From a candidate division TM6 bacterium GW2011_GWF2_37_49 (GTDB taxonomy: Bacteria > Babelota > Babeliae > Babelales > RVW-14), in NCBI GenBank assembly GCA_945861145.1, contig CAMATL010000004.1, positions 8,264-72,263 of the forward strand: DNA of 64,000 nt, given 5' to 3'. A program made the position numbers and the translations under genes. Positions 30,433 to 39,766 of this stretch are shown here, one piece after another. Each line of letters starts with the position of its first letter. Position 1 is the first letter of the stretch. The notes under the pieces are model-generated. The model ran no database searches. It worked only from the letters and a program-made list of their open reading frames with translations, and was not told the DNA's origin.

Positions 30433-32280
30433 ATGTTAGGCAGATTGACTTCTTCCTGGTTTCAACAATCCTCTATTCCCTCATTTACTAGTATTATTAA
30501 ATCAATGGGGCTTGTGTTCGGTGATATCGGCACAAGCCCTGTATACACAATGACTGCAATTTTTCTGACATTACCGATGACTCCTGCCAATATCTTTGGC
30601 GTTACTTCACTCATTTGCTGGACGCTGCTTTTACTTTTCATAGCTGAATACACTATCCTAGCAATGAGCTTAAGTAAAAAAGGTGAAGGTGGCACAATTG
30701 TTTTACGTGAAATCCTAGCCCCTCTCCTCAAAAACAAAAAGACTGTCGGTTTTGTTTCACTTTTATCCTACATCGGCCTTTCATTGCTCGTTGGCGATGG
30801 CATCATCACCCCCGCAATCAATGTGCTCTCCGCTGTAGAAGGCGTCATGCTCATTCCCTGCTTTAAAGGATTTCCGCAAGGGTACCTCTTGGTTGCAGCC
30901 TGCTGCATCGCAATTTTTTTATTTTGGATTCAAAAGCGAGGTACCGAAAAAGTAGCTTTATTTTTTGGACCTATAATGGTTCTTTGGTTCACGGTATTGG
31001 CGGGATCAGGCGTTATGGCAATTTCAAGCTACCCTGGCATACTAACAGCACTGTCTCCCTGGACAGCAGTCTCATTTTTTTTAGATCACAGCGTCATTAG
31101 CTTTTTTGTCTTAGGTGACGTTATTTTGTGTGCAACAGGCTGTGAGGCTATGTACGCAGACATGGGCCACCTGGGACGCAACCCCATTCGTTTTGCAAGC
31201 TATCTCGTAGCGTTTGCACTTACACTCACTTATCTGGGGCAAGGGGCTTTTTTAATAAATAACCCAAAAGTTAAATTTGTTTTTTATGAATTAATGCTCA
31301 GCCAGCTAGGCAGCAACTTCTATATTATTTTTCTTTGTCTCAATTTTTGCGCACTTGTTATTGCCTCACAAGCCATAATCAGTGGGCTCTTTTCCATTGT
31401 ATACCAAGGAATTATGACCAAAATTCTGCCAAAGATGCGGGTTGAATATACTTCTAGTAATTTCAGGTCACAAATTTATGTCGGCTTTGTTAATTGGTCT
31501 CTTTTATTCGCTGTTTTAATTCTTGTACTAACCTTTAAAGCCTCTTACAATCTCACGATCGCTTACGGTCTCGCGGTAACCGGTACCATGCTGGTGACCG
31601 GCATCATGATGACTTTGGTGTTTTACTTACGTAAAAAATTCTTCAAATGCTCGCTAGCCGGAGTACTTACTACTATCAATGCCGTCTTTCTTGCCTCAAA
31701 TCTTTATAAAATTCCTCATGGCGGGTATATTTCAGTCCTTCTTGCATTGATACCACTGACACTGATTCTTATCTACACAAAAGGTCAACAGCGCATGATT
31801 CGTGCTCTCAAGCCGAAACGGTTAGAGGATTTTCTTGATAAATATCAAAGCGCTTATCAAAACATCAATCACATAAAAGGCACAGCGCTTTTTTTTACAC
31901 AAGATCTCAATGCAATAACGCCATTTATTACCCAAACTATGTTCAAAAACAACATCATGTATGAAGACAATATCATCGTAAGTATCGTTACTCGTGATGA
32001 TCCTTATGGGGTTATTAGTTTTTTTAAAGGCGAGTTAGCCCCTGGGTTACGTATTTTTGAAACCCATATTGGCTATCTTGAAATGATTGATATCGAGAAA
32101 ATTTTACTCAATGCAAACATTCATGCAAAGGTCATTTTCTACGGCCTAGAAGAGATTGTATCGAAAAAAATGGTGTGGCGCATGTACGCATTAATCAAAA
32201 AATTGACTCCTAATTTCGTGCAATTTTACAAGTTACCACCCTATAAATTACATGGCGTAGTAACACTTGTTGAAATGTAA
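30433..32280 (+). CDS. kup: KUP-family potassium transporter
   Basis: GDIGTSPVY motif, multi-TM. Start set at the ATG at 30433, downstream of the cysS stop, rather than the overlapping track start at 30322. Confidence 0.92.
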   Translation: MLGRLTSSWFQQSSIPSFTSIIKSMGLVFGDIGTSPVYTMTAIFLTLPMTPANIFGVTSLICWTLLLLFIAEYTILAMSLSKKGEGGTIVLREILAPLLKNKKTVGFVSLLSYIGLSLLVGDGIITPAINVLSAVEGVMLIPCFKGFPQGYLLVAACCIAIFLFWIQKRGTEKVALFFGPIMVLWFTVLAGSGVMAISSYPGILTALSPWTAVSFFLDHSVISFFVLGDVILCATGCEAMYADMGHLGRNPIRFASYLVAFALTLTYLGQGAFLINNPKVKFVFYELMLSQLGSNFYIIFLCLNFCALVIASQAIISGLFSIVYQGIMTKILPKMRVEYTSSNFRSQIYVGFVNWSLLFAVLILVLTFKASYNLTIAYGLAVTGTMLVTGIMMTLVFYLRKKFFKCSLAGVLTTINAVFLASNLYKIPHGGYISVLLALIPLTLILIYTKGQQRMIRALKPKRLEDFLDKYQSAYQNINHIKGTALFFTQDLNAITPFITQTMFKNNIMYEDNIIVSIVTRDDPYGVISFFKGELAPGLRIFETHIGYLEMIDIEKILLNANIHAKVIFYGLEEIVSKKMVWRMYALIKKLTPNFVQFYKLPPYKLHGVVTLVEM

Positions 32281-32302
32281 TTAAAAAAATACACATTTTT
32301 AT

Positions 32303-32331
32303 TTGACAAAGAGATTGAATGCCAGTAAATT
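32303..32331 (+). promoter_or_regulatory. candidate sigma70-type promoter for tRNA-Gly
   Basis: TTGACA (32303-32308), 17 nt spacer, TAAATT (32326-32331), 40 nt upstream of the tRNA. Confidence 0.4.
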
Positions 32332-32371
32332 TTGTACTCGTTAAAGCAATTGAAACATTCGTCGATCTAGC

Positions 32372-32446
32372 GCGGGAATAGCTCAGCGGTAGAGCATTGC
32401 CTTGCCAAGGCAAGGGTCGCGGGTTCGAATCCCGTTTCCCGCTCCA
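32372..32446 (+). tRNA. tRNA-Gly (anticodon GCC), CCA encoded
   Basis: Manual cloverleaf: acceptor gcgggaa/ttcccgc, D arm gctc-agcggta-gagc, anticodon arm ttgcc-ttGCCaa-ggcaa, T arm gcggg-ttcgaat-cccgt, then tCCA. Confidence 0.95.
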
Positions 32447-32634
32447 TTTTTTCATTACCTAGTCGATCGAATAATAGTTGCTCTTATTCATTGCTGAATT
32501 GCATGGCTTTTTTTCTTCTGCTAGCATCTAAGGAGTGATATTGTACACCTTATGAATCAGCAGCAGATTTTTAATTAGTATTCTATGGTTCTACACGGTC
32601 TTGGGTTTACACGGACACAGAAAGGTTAGAAAGC

Positions 32635-33396
32635 ATGAAATCAGTGCTGCATGAGGCATCTTCGATCTTAAAAGCAATCGAGAAAGCATGGGAAGCCTCC
32701 GGCAAGCCATCTGAATTTAATGTCAAAGTGCTAGAACAAGCTGAAACAAAATTTTTGTTTTTTACCAGCAGGCCTGCCATAGTTTCAATCTCTTTCGACC
32801 CTAGACATGTTCCAAGAACAACTAGCCCTCAACAAAATCAAATCAATGCCAATAACAGACGCCCTTCTCAACAGCATGGCAACAGCAATAGCACCCAAGA
32901 TAAACTTTTGAGTGGTACAAGCATGCCTCAGTTTGATTCTGTCTCTAGAAACAATCCTAGAAGCCGTCAGTACCAACAACGTCAACCGGCGCCACAATCA
33001 GGGCAGCCACAACAAAGAGCTCAACAACCACAGCGCCAGCAAGAGCTAGCGCAATCAAAAACTCAACAGACTAATACTCCAGCACAACCGCAACCTGCAC
33101 GTACTCCGCAGCCACCAAGACAACAAGATCAACAGATCAGCGGGTGGACACCAGAACTTGCACAGTTTGTGAGTAATGAGCTTAGTGGTCTATTGCATAT
33201 CATGGGTATCGGAATAACATTTCAAGAAAAAATTGAGCTAAAGACGTTAACCATCACTTTTGCACAACCTCCGCTGGACAACAAAGAAGATGCGCGCCTC
33301 TTGTATATCAGTCTTTCTTACTTGCTTATTCAGTTGACCAAAAAACAAGAAAAGAAAAAGCTTCGCGACTTCCATCTAGTTATTACTGCTGCTTAA
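32635..33396 (+). CDS. Jag/KhpB-like protein with Q/P-rich linker
   Basis: 253 aa; Jag_N-like start MKSVLHEASSILKAIEKAWEASGKP, long Q/P-rich tract, KH-like C-terminus. Sits directly upstream of mnmE, as jag does in many bacteria. No R3H-like end seen. Confidence 0.6.
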   Translation: MKSVLHEASSILKAIEKAWEASGKPSEFNVKVLEQAETKFLFFTSRPAIVSISFDPRHVPRTTSPQQNQINANNRRPSQQHGNSNSTQDKLLSGTSMPQFDSVSRNNPRSRQYQQRQPAPQSGQPQQRAQQPQRQQELAQSKTQQTNTPAQPQPARTPQPPRQQDQQISGWTPELAQFVSNELSGLLHIMGIGITFQEKIELKTLTITFAQPPLDNKEDARLLYISLSYLLIQLTKKQEKKKLRDFHLVITAA

Positions 33397-33403
33397 TTCA
33401 GCC

Positions 33404-34801
33404 ATGCACGCCCTACTGCCAAAAGACCAAGAGACAATTGTTGCTTTAGCAACAGCGCGTGGAAGCGGGGCGATAGCCCTTATTCGGCTCAGCGGTACTG
33501 ATTCTTTAGAAGTTGCAAATCGCATCGCACAGCTCTCATCACAGCTCATACTCAGCGAACAACCTAGCCATACTATTCATCATGGCTTTGCAGTTGATCA
33601 CCACGGGACCAAGCTTGATGAGGTTCTTTTTTTACTGATGAAAGCACCGAAGACCTTTACCGGTCAAGACACGGTAGAGATCAGCTGCCACAACAACCAA
33701 TTTATTATTGACGCCATCATACAAGCAGCAATCGTTGCTGGAGCTCGTCAAGCAACTGCTGGTGAATTCACCATGCGTGGCTTTTTGACCGGCAAATTTG
33801 ATTTAACGCAGGCTGAGGCGATCAATGAAATCATCCATGCGCCATCAGAAAAAGCCTTACAATGTTCGCTTGCCCAGCTCAAAGGAAGCTTATCTCAGTG
33901 CTTTGAAGGAATTGAAGTACAACTTGTTGAGCTTTTAAGCTTGTGCGAAGCCAGTTTTGAATTTCTCGAAGAAGAACAACGTGATCTTGATTTCAATCTG
34001 ATGGTACACGCGAGGATTGCAGATATTTTATCTAAAATCCAAACAACTAAAAAACATTTCAACATGCAGCAACAAATCAAAGACGGGGTTCGCATCTCGT
34101 TAATCGGTTCAGTCAATGCTGGCAAATCAAGCCTCTTCAACGCACTACTCGGCAAAGAACGAGCAATTGTCACCAATGTTGCCGGCACAACGCGCGACAG
34201 TATCGAGGCAAATTTATACAAAGAAGGCTACTATTGGTTGTTGATTGATACTGCTGGCCTACGCCAAGCAGGTGATAGCATCGAGCAACGCGGCATTGAA
34301 AAATCGTATGAAGAAGCAATCAAAGCCGACGTTATGCTACTCGTTGTTGATGCTAGTCGCCCTACAACAACCGAAGAGCTTGATGTATATCAACGCATGG
34401 CACAAGAATACGCCGCCAAAATTATTGTCATTTTTAATAAAAGTGACCTAGCATGCCACCCTCAGGTGGCTACAATTTTTTCTGGCCTTCCTATGCTGTA
34501 TGTTTCTGCGGCAGAAAATATCGGTATGGCTGACGTTGAGCAGGCTATTGCGCAAAAAATTACATCACTTTTTGATTTACAACAAACAAGTTTCGTTTTA
34601 ACACAACGGCAGTTTAATCTAATGAGTGAAATTGAGAAAAAACTGCTGTATATTGAAAAATCCTTAACCAGTCAAGTACACTACGAGTTAGTGTCCTATG
34701 AGCTTAAAGATTTACTAGAGAAAGTCTGTGAATTAACCGGCAAGCGTGTTTCAGAAGAAATTTTAGACACGGTGTTTAGCAAATTTTGCGTTGGAAAATG
34801 A
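33404..34801 (+). CDS. mnmE: tRNA modification GTPase MnmE
   Basis: 465 aa, GSVNAGKSSLFNAL, DTAG, C-terminal FCVGK. Confidence 0.96.
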   Translation: MHALLPKDQETIVALATARGSGAIALIRLSGTDSLEVANRIAQLSSQLILSEQPSHTIHHGFAVDHHGTKLDEVLFLLMKAPKTFTGQDTVEISCHNNQFIIDAIIQAAIVAGARQATAGEFTMRGFLTGKFDLTQAEAINEIIHAPSEKALQCSLAQLKGSLSQCFEGIEVQLVELLSLCEASFEFLEEEQRDLDFNLMVHARIADILSKIQTTKKHFNMQQQIKDGVRISLIGSVNAGKSSLFNALLGKERAIVTNVAGTTRDSIEANLYKEGYYWLLIDTAGLRQAGDSIEQRGIEKSYEEAIKADVMLLVVDASRPTTTEELDVYQRMAQEYAAKIIVIFNKSDLACHPQVATIFSGLPMLYVSAAENIGMADVEQAIAQKITSLFDLQQTSFVLTQRQFNLMSEIEKKLLYIEKSLTSQVHYELVSYELKDLLEKVCELTGKRVSEEILDTVFSKFCVGK

Positions 34802-34901
34802 CCCGTCGCTACGATTTTCACACCATGAAAATCACTCAGGGTGATCGGAGTTAAATAACGATGAAACTGCGCAAGCTAAGGGACCAGGGGGGAGAGTCGC
34901 G

Positions 34902-36167
34902 ATGAATTACTCTATGCGGTGGTTCATTAAGTTTTTTGTTTTTTTTGCATTTTTAGGTGGCGATTTTATGCCTCCTCTTTGTGCTGCCACATCGACAACG
35001 CGACCAATGAAAAGGAAAAAGAAACGAAGCCTCAAGAAAAAAAAACGTCCACGCAAAATTCGAACAAAAGTTCGTCGTAAAATCTTTTATCCAAAATTTT
35101 CACGCACGTTATCAAAATTTTTTGATCATTCAGAGGATCAATCGCCCACCGGATCGCCATGCATTTGGGAAGGCGAGAGCCTTATTCCATTTGATGAGCT
35201 TATTCTTTCTTGGAATGCTCTGCGCCCAGCCTCAGGTAAAATAACTTTTTTTGTCAGCGTTAAACATTCAGACTGGTCTCCATGGCACCGCCTTGCAGAA
35301 TGGGGTGCAGACTCTCAAAAAACCTTTGTAAATAAGCTCAACCCCTACGTACACACTAAGTACGTTAAAGTAGAAATGCAGCGAAACCTTTTCGCAACAG
35401 CTTTTAGAATTAAGGCTGTATTTTCTGATGGAGCATCCAAACGCTCGCTCAATGCCCTTTTTGCCTGTATCTCAAACATGCCGATGTTTCGTCAAAATCG
35501 CACAGTACCGGTAAAGCCTAGCCTGTTAGTCAAAGGCGTCCCACAGCAATCCCAAATGGTTATCGATCATCCTCGTGCCAAAGATTTATGCTCGCCAGCA
35601 TCAACAAGTATGATCGTGCAATATTTCGCCAATAAATTATATACCGGCAAGGGCCCACTTGGCATGCATGATTACGTTATCGATTTCGCAGGCAAGGTCC
35701 ATGACGACGGCGTGCTTGGCATTTATGGCAATTGGCCGCTTAATGTTGCCCAAGCTCATGATGCGTCCAACGGTCATATTTTTTATCGCGTTGAAAGACT
35801 CAACAGCTTCAACGAACTGTATGATTATATATCAAAAGAGATTCCAGTAGCCGTAAGTGTTCGCCGCCTCAAAGGAGGAGCCACACCTTACAGCAAAGGT
35901 CACTTCATGGTGGTTGTTGGTTGGGATAACATAACCAGCTCTGTCATCTGCATCGATCCTGCATTTCGCAGCAATCGTAAAACATTAAAGCGCTACAAAC
36001 TTGCTCATTTCCTGAACGCTTGGGCACTGTCACGAAATCTCAGCTACATCCCAATGCCAAAAAATGGCATTGGGCAATGGCAAGAAAACATAACCGCAAG
36101 CTTAAGCTTAAAGCCACCGGCACCAGAAGCAGATCTTATTCCTGTAAACCTTGCGCTAGAGACTTGA
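34902..36167 (+). CDS. secreted papain-fold cysteine peptidase-like protein (C39-like domain) with N-terminal polybasic tract
   Basis: 421 aa; hydrophobic signal-like start, then MKRKKKRSLKKKKRPRKIRTKVRRK. The C-terminal half has QSQMVIDHPRAKDLCSPASTSMIVQY and GHFMVVVGWD, which resemble the catalytic Cys and His contexts of C39-like peptidases. Confidence 0.6.
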   Translation: MNYSMRWFIKFFVFFAFLGGDFMPPLCAATSTTRPMKRKKKRSLKKKKRPRKIRTKVRRKIFYPKFSRTLSKFFDHSEDQSPTGSPCIWEGESLIPFDELILSWNALRPASGKITFFVSVKHSDWSPWHRLAEWGADSQKTFVNKLNPYVHTKYVKVEMQRNLFATAFRIKAVFSDGASKRSLNALFACISNMPMFRQNRTVPVKPSLLVKGVPQQSQMVIDHPRAKDLCSPASTSMIVQYFANKLYTGKGPLGMHDYVIDFAGKVHDDGVLGIYGNWPLNVAQAHDASNGHIFYRVERLNSFNELYDYISKEIPVAVSVRRLKGGATPYSKGHFMVVVGWDNITSSVICIDPAFRSNRKTLKRYKLAHFLNAWALSRNLSYIPMPKNGIGQWQENITASLSLKPPAPEADLIPVNLALET

Positions 36168-36338
36168 TATAAATCTTCATTTACTAAATAATACCAATCC
36201 TATGAATACATGATTAATTTGTGTAATTGGTATTAGAATCTACTCTTTAAGAGGGAAGATAGAACAGTTTTTCAGGACATCCAAGCAATCGATTGGTTTG
36301 GAGTGATGCCAAGCTAAAAAAGCTGATGGAATCGTTAA

Positions 36339-36839
36339 TCAAATTTTAGCAGTTATGATTGCTTTCATAGACCTCGAGCAAACAAAAATAGCCCGTAAGT
36401 CAAAATCTGTTGAATCAGTTTTATCCATTTTAAGGTCTAAAAACACCCATCCATGTATCAACGAATATATTAACCTGTTTGCAAAAATATATGATGCAGA
36501 AATAGGAATGGCTTTTTTCCCATCAGATATTGCACCAACAAGAAGATTGAACGATGTAATGGATCTTCCCGTCTTTGTATCATAAAACTTACCCGATCCC
36601 TGCATCCATTGGGAATAAATTTTCTTGATAAGTGTTTCGTCAACGACGAGAATCAACTTTTTTGCATCTTTAAACAACGTCTGGCATAGCTCTTGCAGCG
36701 TTGTAAAAATCCTATCAGCAGGCTGTAAAGTCTTTTTGTTATTGATTTTATTTTCGCGATTAATGTTGGTAAAATTTTTTCTACCAGTAGACATGATTAA
36801 ACAGAATGCATATGTTAAAAGCGTGCTTTTTGTAAGCAT
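36339..36839 (-). mobile_element. DDE transposase gene remnant (IS4/IS701-like N-terminal part)
   Basis: 166 aa with LILVVDETLIKK...YDTKTGRSITSFNLLVG, which resembles the first catalytic-Asp region of IS4/IS701-type transposases. Too short to be complete. Confidence 0.45.
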
Positions 36840-36911
36840 AATACTCTCCTTTTTGATTTGATCGTCCTGAGGAGAGTATTCTTTTTTAGATAATCAATCT
36901 AGATCGGATCT

Positions 36912-37225
36912 TTAAGCTTTTTTAGCTAGTCCTGTAGATTTTTCATCTGCCATGACAGTAAGTAGTGCAATGGCGGCTTGGCCAGCATTAGCATCTGTTG
37001 CTGCTAATGGATTAAATAGCGTTGTAATTTCATCAGAAGTTAAAGAGGAACTAGGCCTTTTTGTTGCTGACTGCGGGTTTTTTTTAGTTGACGCAGCTTT
37101 TTTAAGTATGGTTTGAACTAAAGAGGTGTTTTTTTTAACGCAGGCTTTCCTACAAGTGTTGAAATTTGGCCTAGGCAGAAAACAAGGGCACAAATAGTAA
37201 TCGAAATTTTTCTTATCAAAGTCAT
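36912..37225 (-). pseudogene. frameshifted small secreted protein, paralog of the N-terminus of the ankyrin-like gene
   Basis: ATG at 37225 with a GGAG RBS encodes signal peptide MTLIRKISITICALVFCLGQISTLVGKPALKK, then hits a stop. One extra A in the A8 run (37129-37136) would join it to the track ORF ending at 36912. Confidence 0.6.
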
Positions 37226-37265
37226 AGTATTTGCTCCAAAAGTTATGAACGTGATTAACCAATAT

Positions 37266-38390
37266 CTAGTCTTGAGATATTAAAAACGTTGGAGCGACTA
37301 TCGTTTGAAGCTCAAATTTAGGTGTAGGGACGGCAAGTGTTACGCTAGTTTTTAAATCTGTGGTTGTCATGCCACGTTGCATTGGATCCATGAGAGCGCT
37401 TTTAGTGGTATCAAAAGTTGCATAATCCGCTGGTCTAAAATTCCAGAAATTTTTAATGTTGAGGGCAGCAATTTTTTGGGATTGCGTAATGCCTAGCAAA
37501 AAAGATTTATTTAAAATAGATCCGCTATTCAATAGCGCAGCATAGTGCAGGGGGGTTGCTAACCATTGATCTTGTACTGTCAATGCGGCAATTTTTTGTG
37601 TTGCTGTGGTTCCAATAAAAAGTGTTTTTATCATATCGGTAGCATTTGGTGCAAACGTTGCTGCGTAATGTACTGGTGTGTAGCCCCAAGTATTTTTCGT
37701 GGAGATTGCTGTGGCGATTGAGGCAGAAGACGTTATTCCTGATAGAAGAGCGCTAGTGACAGCAGATTGCCCGCTGGCTGATGACATTGCTGCGTAATGG
37801 AGCGGTATTGAGCCCCATATGTCGACTGCTGTCGCAGCGGCAATGATTTGAGCTTGCGTTAACCCGCTCAAAATGGTTGATATGATGCTTGTGGCACCTG
37901 TTCTGGTATTAATACTTGAATCAACTGAGCTGCCAAATGCTGAATACAGCGCAGCAAAGTGGAGTAGCGTGTAATTGTAGCTATCATTTACCATCTCGAT
38001 CACGCCATTGCTGAGCGCTAGCCTGACGACTGGTGTTGCTAAGCTGATTGGCGTGGCATTGCCGTGAGTTGGATCTGGCGTAGTAAGTGCTAAACAAATA
38101 TTAAAAAAAGCGGTTATTGCATTGGTTTGATTGCCTGCGATAGTTGCGAGGAGCTGTAGCGCATTATTGCCGGCGCTGATTGAGGTTGATGCTAATGCAG
38201 TAGATAAAGAGCTGGTATCAGAGGAGCTTAAAGCTCTTTCCTTTGATTGTTTGACAGCTTTATTGAAGAAATTTTTTGGTAGCGGGCCTTGGTGATTTAT
38301 ATCTTTTTTGGCTTCAAGTCTTGTAGTTAAAGGTCCCATAGAAAAAATAACCGCACACAAGATGGCAGATGTTTTTTTGAATAAATTCAT
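37266..38390 (-). CDS. secreted ankyrin-like repeat protein
   Basis: Start at MNLFKKTSAILCAVIFSMGPL (GGAG RBS). At least four repeats carry the TPLHYAA/IPLHYAA/TPVHYAA core followed by LL.GIT..QKIAAL. Confidence 0.75.
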   Translation of the reverse strand: MNLFKKTSAILCAVIFSMGPLTTRLEAKKDINHQGPLPKNFFNKAVKQSKERALSSSDTSSLSTALASTSISAGNNALQLLATIAGNQTNAITAFFNICLALTTPDPTHGNATPISLATPVVRLALSNGVIEMVNDSYNYTLLHFAALYSAFGSSVDSSINTRTGATSIISTILSGLTQAQIIAAATAVDIWGSIPLHYAAMSSASGQSAVTSALLSGITSSASIATAISTKNTWGYTPVHYAATFAPNATDMIKTLFIGTTATQKIAALTVQDQWLATPLHYAALLNSGSILNKSFLLGITQSQKIAALNIKNFWNFRPADYATFDTTKSALMDPMQRGMTTTDLKTSVTLAVPTPKFELQTIVAPTFLISQD

Positions 38391-38537
38391 AGTATTAGCT
38401 CCAAAGATTAAAAACGACTGAGATACCACACGAACAAGCTAAAAAAAAGAACCAATTGAGCGCAAGATTTGAAGAAGTCTTACGTGCAATTGGTTTTTGA
38501 GCGAGAGCAGTGCGTTGGAAGTATACTCTTCACGGTT

Positions 38538-38582
38538 GGAAAACAGGATTTTGGTGGATCGCGGCTCGGAGGCCGGGATGAC
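38538..38582. repeat. solo arm of the palindromic element family
   Basis: ggaaaacaggattttggtggatcgcggctcggaggccgggatgac is the inverted equivalent of 18845-18889. No partner arm follows. Confidence 0.75.
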
Positions 38583-38809
38583 CTACTAGTAAGTCGTTAT
38601 TAAAAAGTACAGGCGGCTTTATTCCTGCCAATCGCTCTGGGGTAAGAATGGGAATGTTTTTTGAGAGTAGTATTTGCTGTCTTTCACAAATCAAACCGTG
38701 TGTTTATAGGCAGGTCCTGTCATGATAATTATGAAAAATTTCTTTTATCGCCCATGGGGAGCGAATAACTGTTTTGGCATGCTAGCAGGTCCTTTGTAGA
38801 TAATTTGTT

Positions 38810-39682
38810 TCAGGTAATTTTACTAAGAAGTATTTTTGATAAAAACTGTAAATTTTTTTGGATGAGTTCTGACTCAGTATTTTGCCAGTTATTTGTTTCA
38901 AAGTCGCGTGAAGCGAGTAGCCACAAGCTTCCTAAGACAGAGCCTAAGACTAAACCTGTGAGAGCAACTCGTTTTTGATAATCATGAAGCGATGGATGTT
39001 TCCGAAAATGGAAAATATGGTTTTCCATAACATGCAGATGGTTTAATAAACGTTTTTTCCTGTCATGTAATACGTGTAAAATTGTAGCTTTATCTGCTCG
39101 ATGGTTAAGGTATCTAGTTCTCACGGTGAGATCTTCTCTTAACCGTTCAAAAATTTCAAAAAGCTCTTTAAGTGAAATATGCTGCTCATCAAGCAGTGTT
39201 TTATTGATCTTGAGTGCAATGATTGATTCATCGTCATGCCCTTCAACAAAAGCATTGCCTGTAAGCCAATCACCACCAAGAGCCGCTTCGCCAAAAAATA
39301 ATGGCGCGAGACCAATAAAGTATTTACTGACATATGAAATATGATCGATGGCTCTAGCCCACTGGCACAATGTTTTGATGGTAGTAAAGTTGGCGATTGG
39401 GCTTAAATCTGATGGTGTTGTGTTTTCGGTAGCATTTTGCCGTGCTTCTGATGCTGCTTCCTGCTCGTATAATTGAATAGCCATTAGCATTTCTTGTGGT
39501 GTGAATTGCATTGCCCCTGCTTGCAAATGCATAGCTTGGACAATCAACGATAAACTTAGGAGGTACAAAATTGCTAGCATTAAGCCACCTATTTGTTGAG
39601 TTCGACACCGCGCAAATTTGAGTAAGTATACGAAGCTTAATGGTAAAAGCAAAAGAATTAAGGGAAATAAGTTTGGTAGCAT
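38810..39682 (-). CDS. hypothetical membrane protein
   Basis: 290 aa, hydrophobic helices at both ends; no family recognised. Confidence 0.55.
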   Translation of the reverse strand: MLPNLFPLILLLLPLSFVYLLKFARCRTQQIGGLMLAILYLLSLSLIVQAMHLQAGAMQFTPQEMLMAIQLYEQEAASEARQNATENTTPSDLSPIANFTTIKTLCQWARAIDHISYVSKYFIGLAPLFFGEAALGGDWLTGNAFVEGHDDESIIALKINKTLLDEQHISLKELFEIFERLREDLTVRTRYLNHRADKATILHVLHDRKKRLLNHLHVMENHIFHFRKHPSLHDYQKRVALTGLVLGSVLGSLWLLASRDFETNNWQNTESELIQKNLQFLSKILLSKIT

Positions 39683-39766
39683 GCAATGGGACTAACTTCT
39701 TGTATTTTTACCCTGCGTCTTGGTATGATGTTTTTCAATAGCCATATTAAATAAATCGAGGTTGAT

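Noticed and set aside
32210-32455. The 81 aa minus-strand ORF covering the tRNA-Gly gene.
   Set aside because: It is the antisense translation of the tRNA plus the kup 3' end and is not a plausible gene.
36912-37262. The track ORF start at 37262 (MVNHVHNFWSKYYDFDKK...).
   Set aside because: Its first roughly 45 codons overlap, in another frame, a much more gene-like start (RBS plus signal peptide at 37225). The N-terminal part of the track ORF is therefore read-through of the frameshifted gene.
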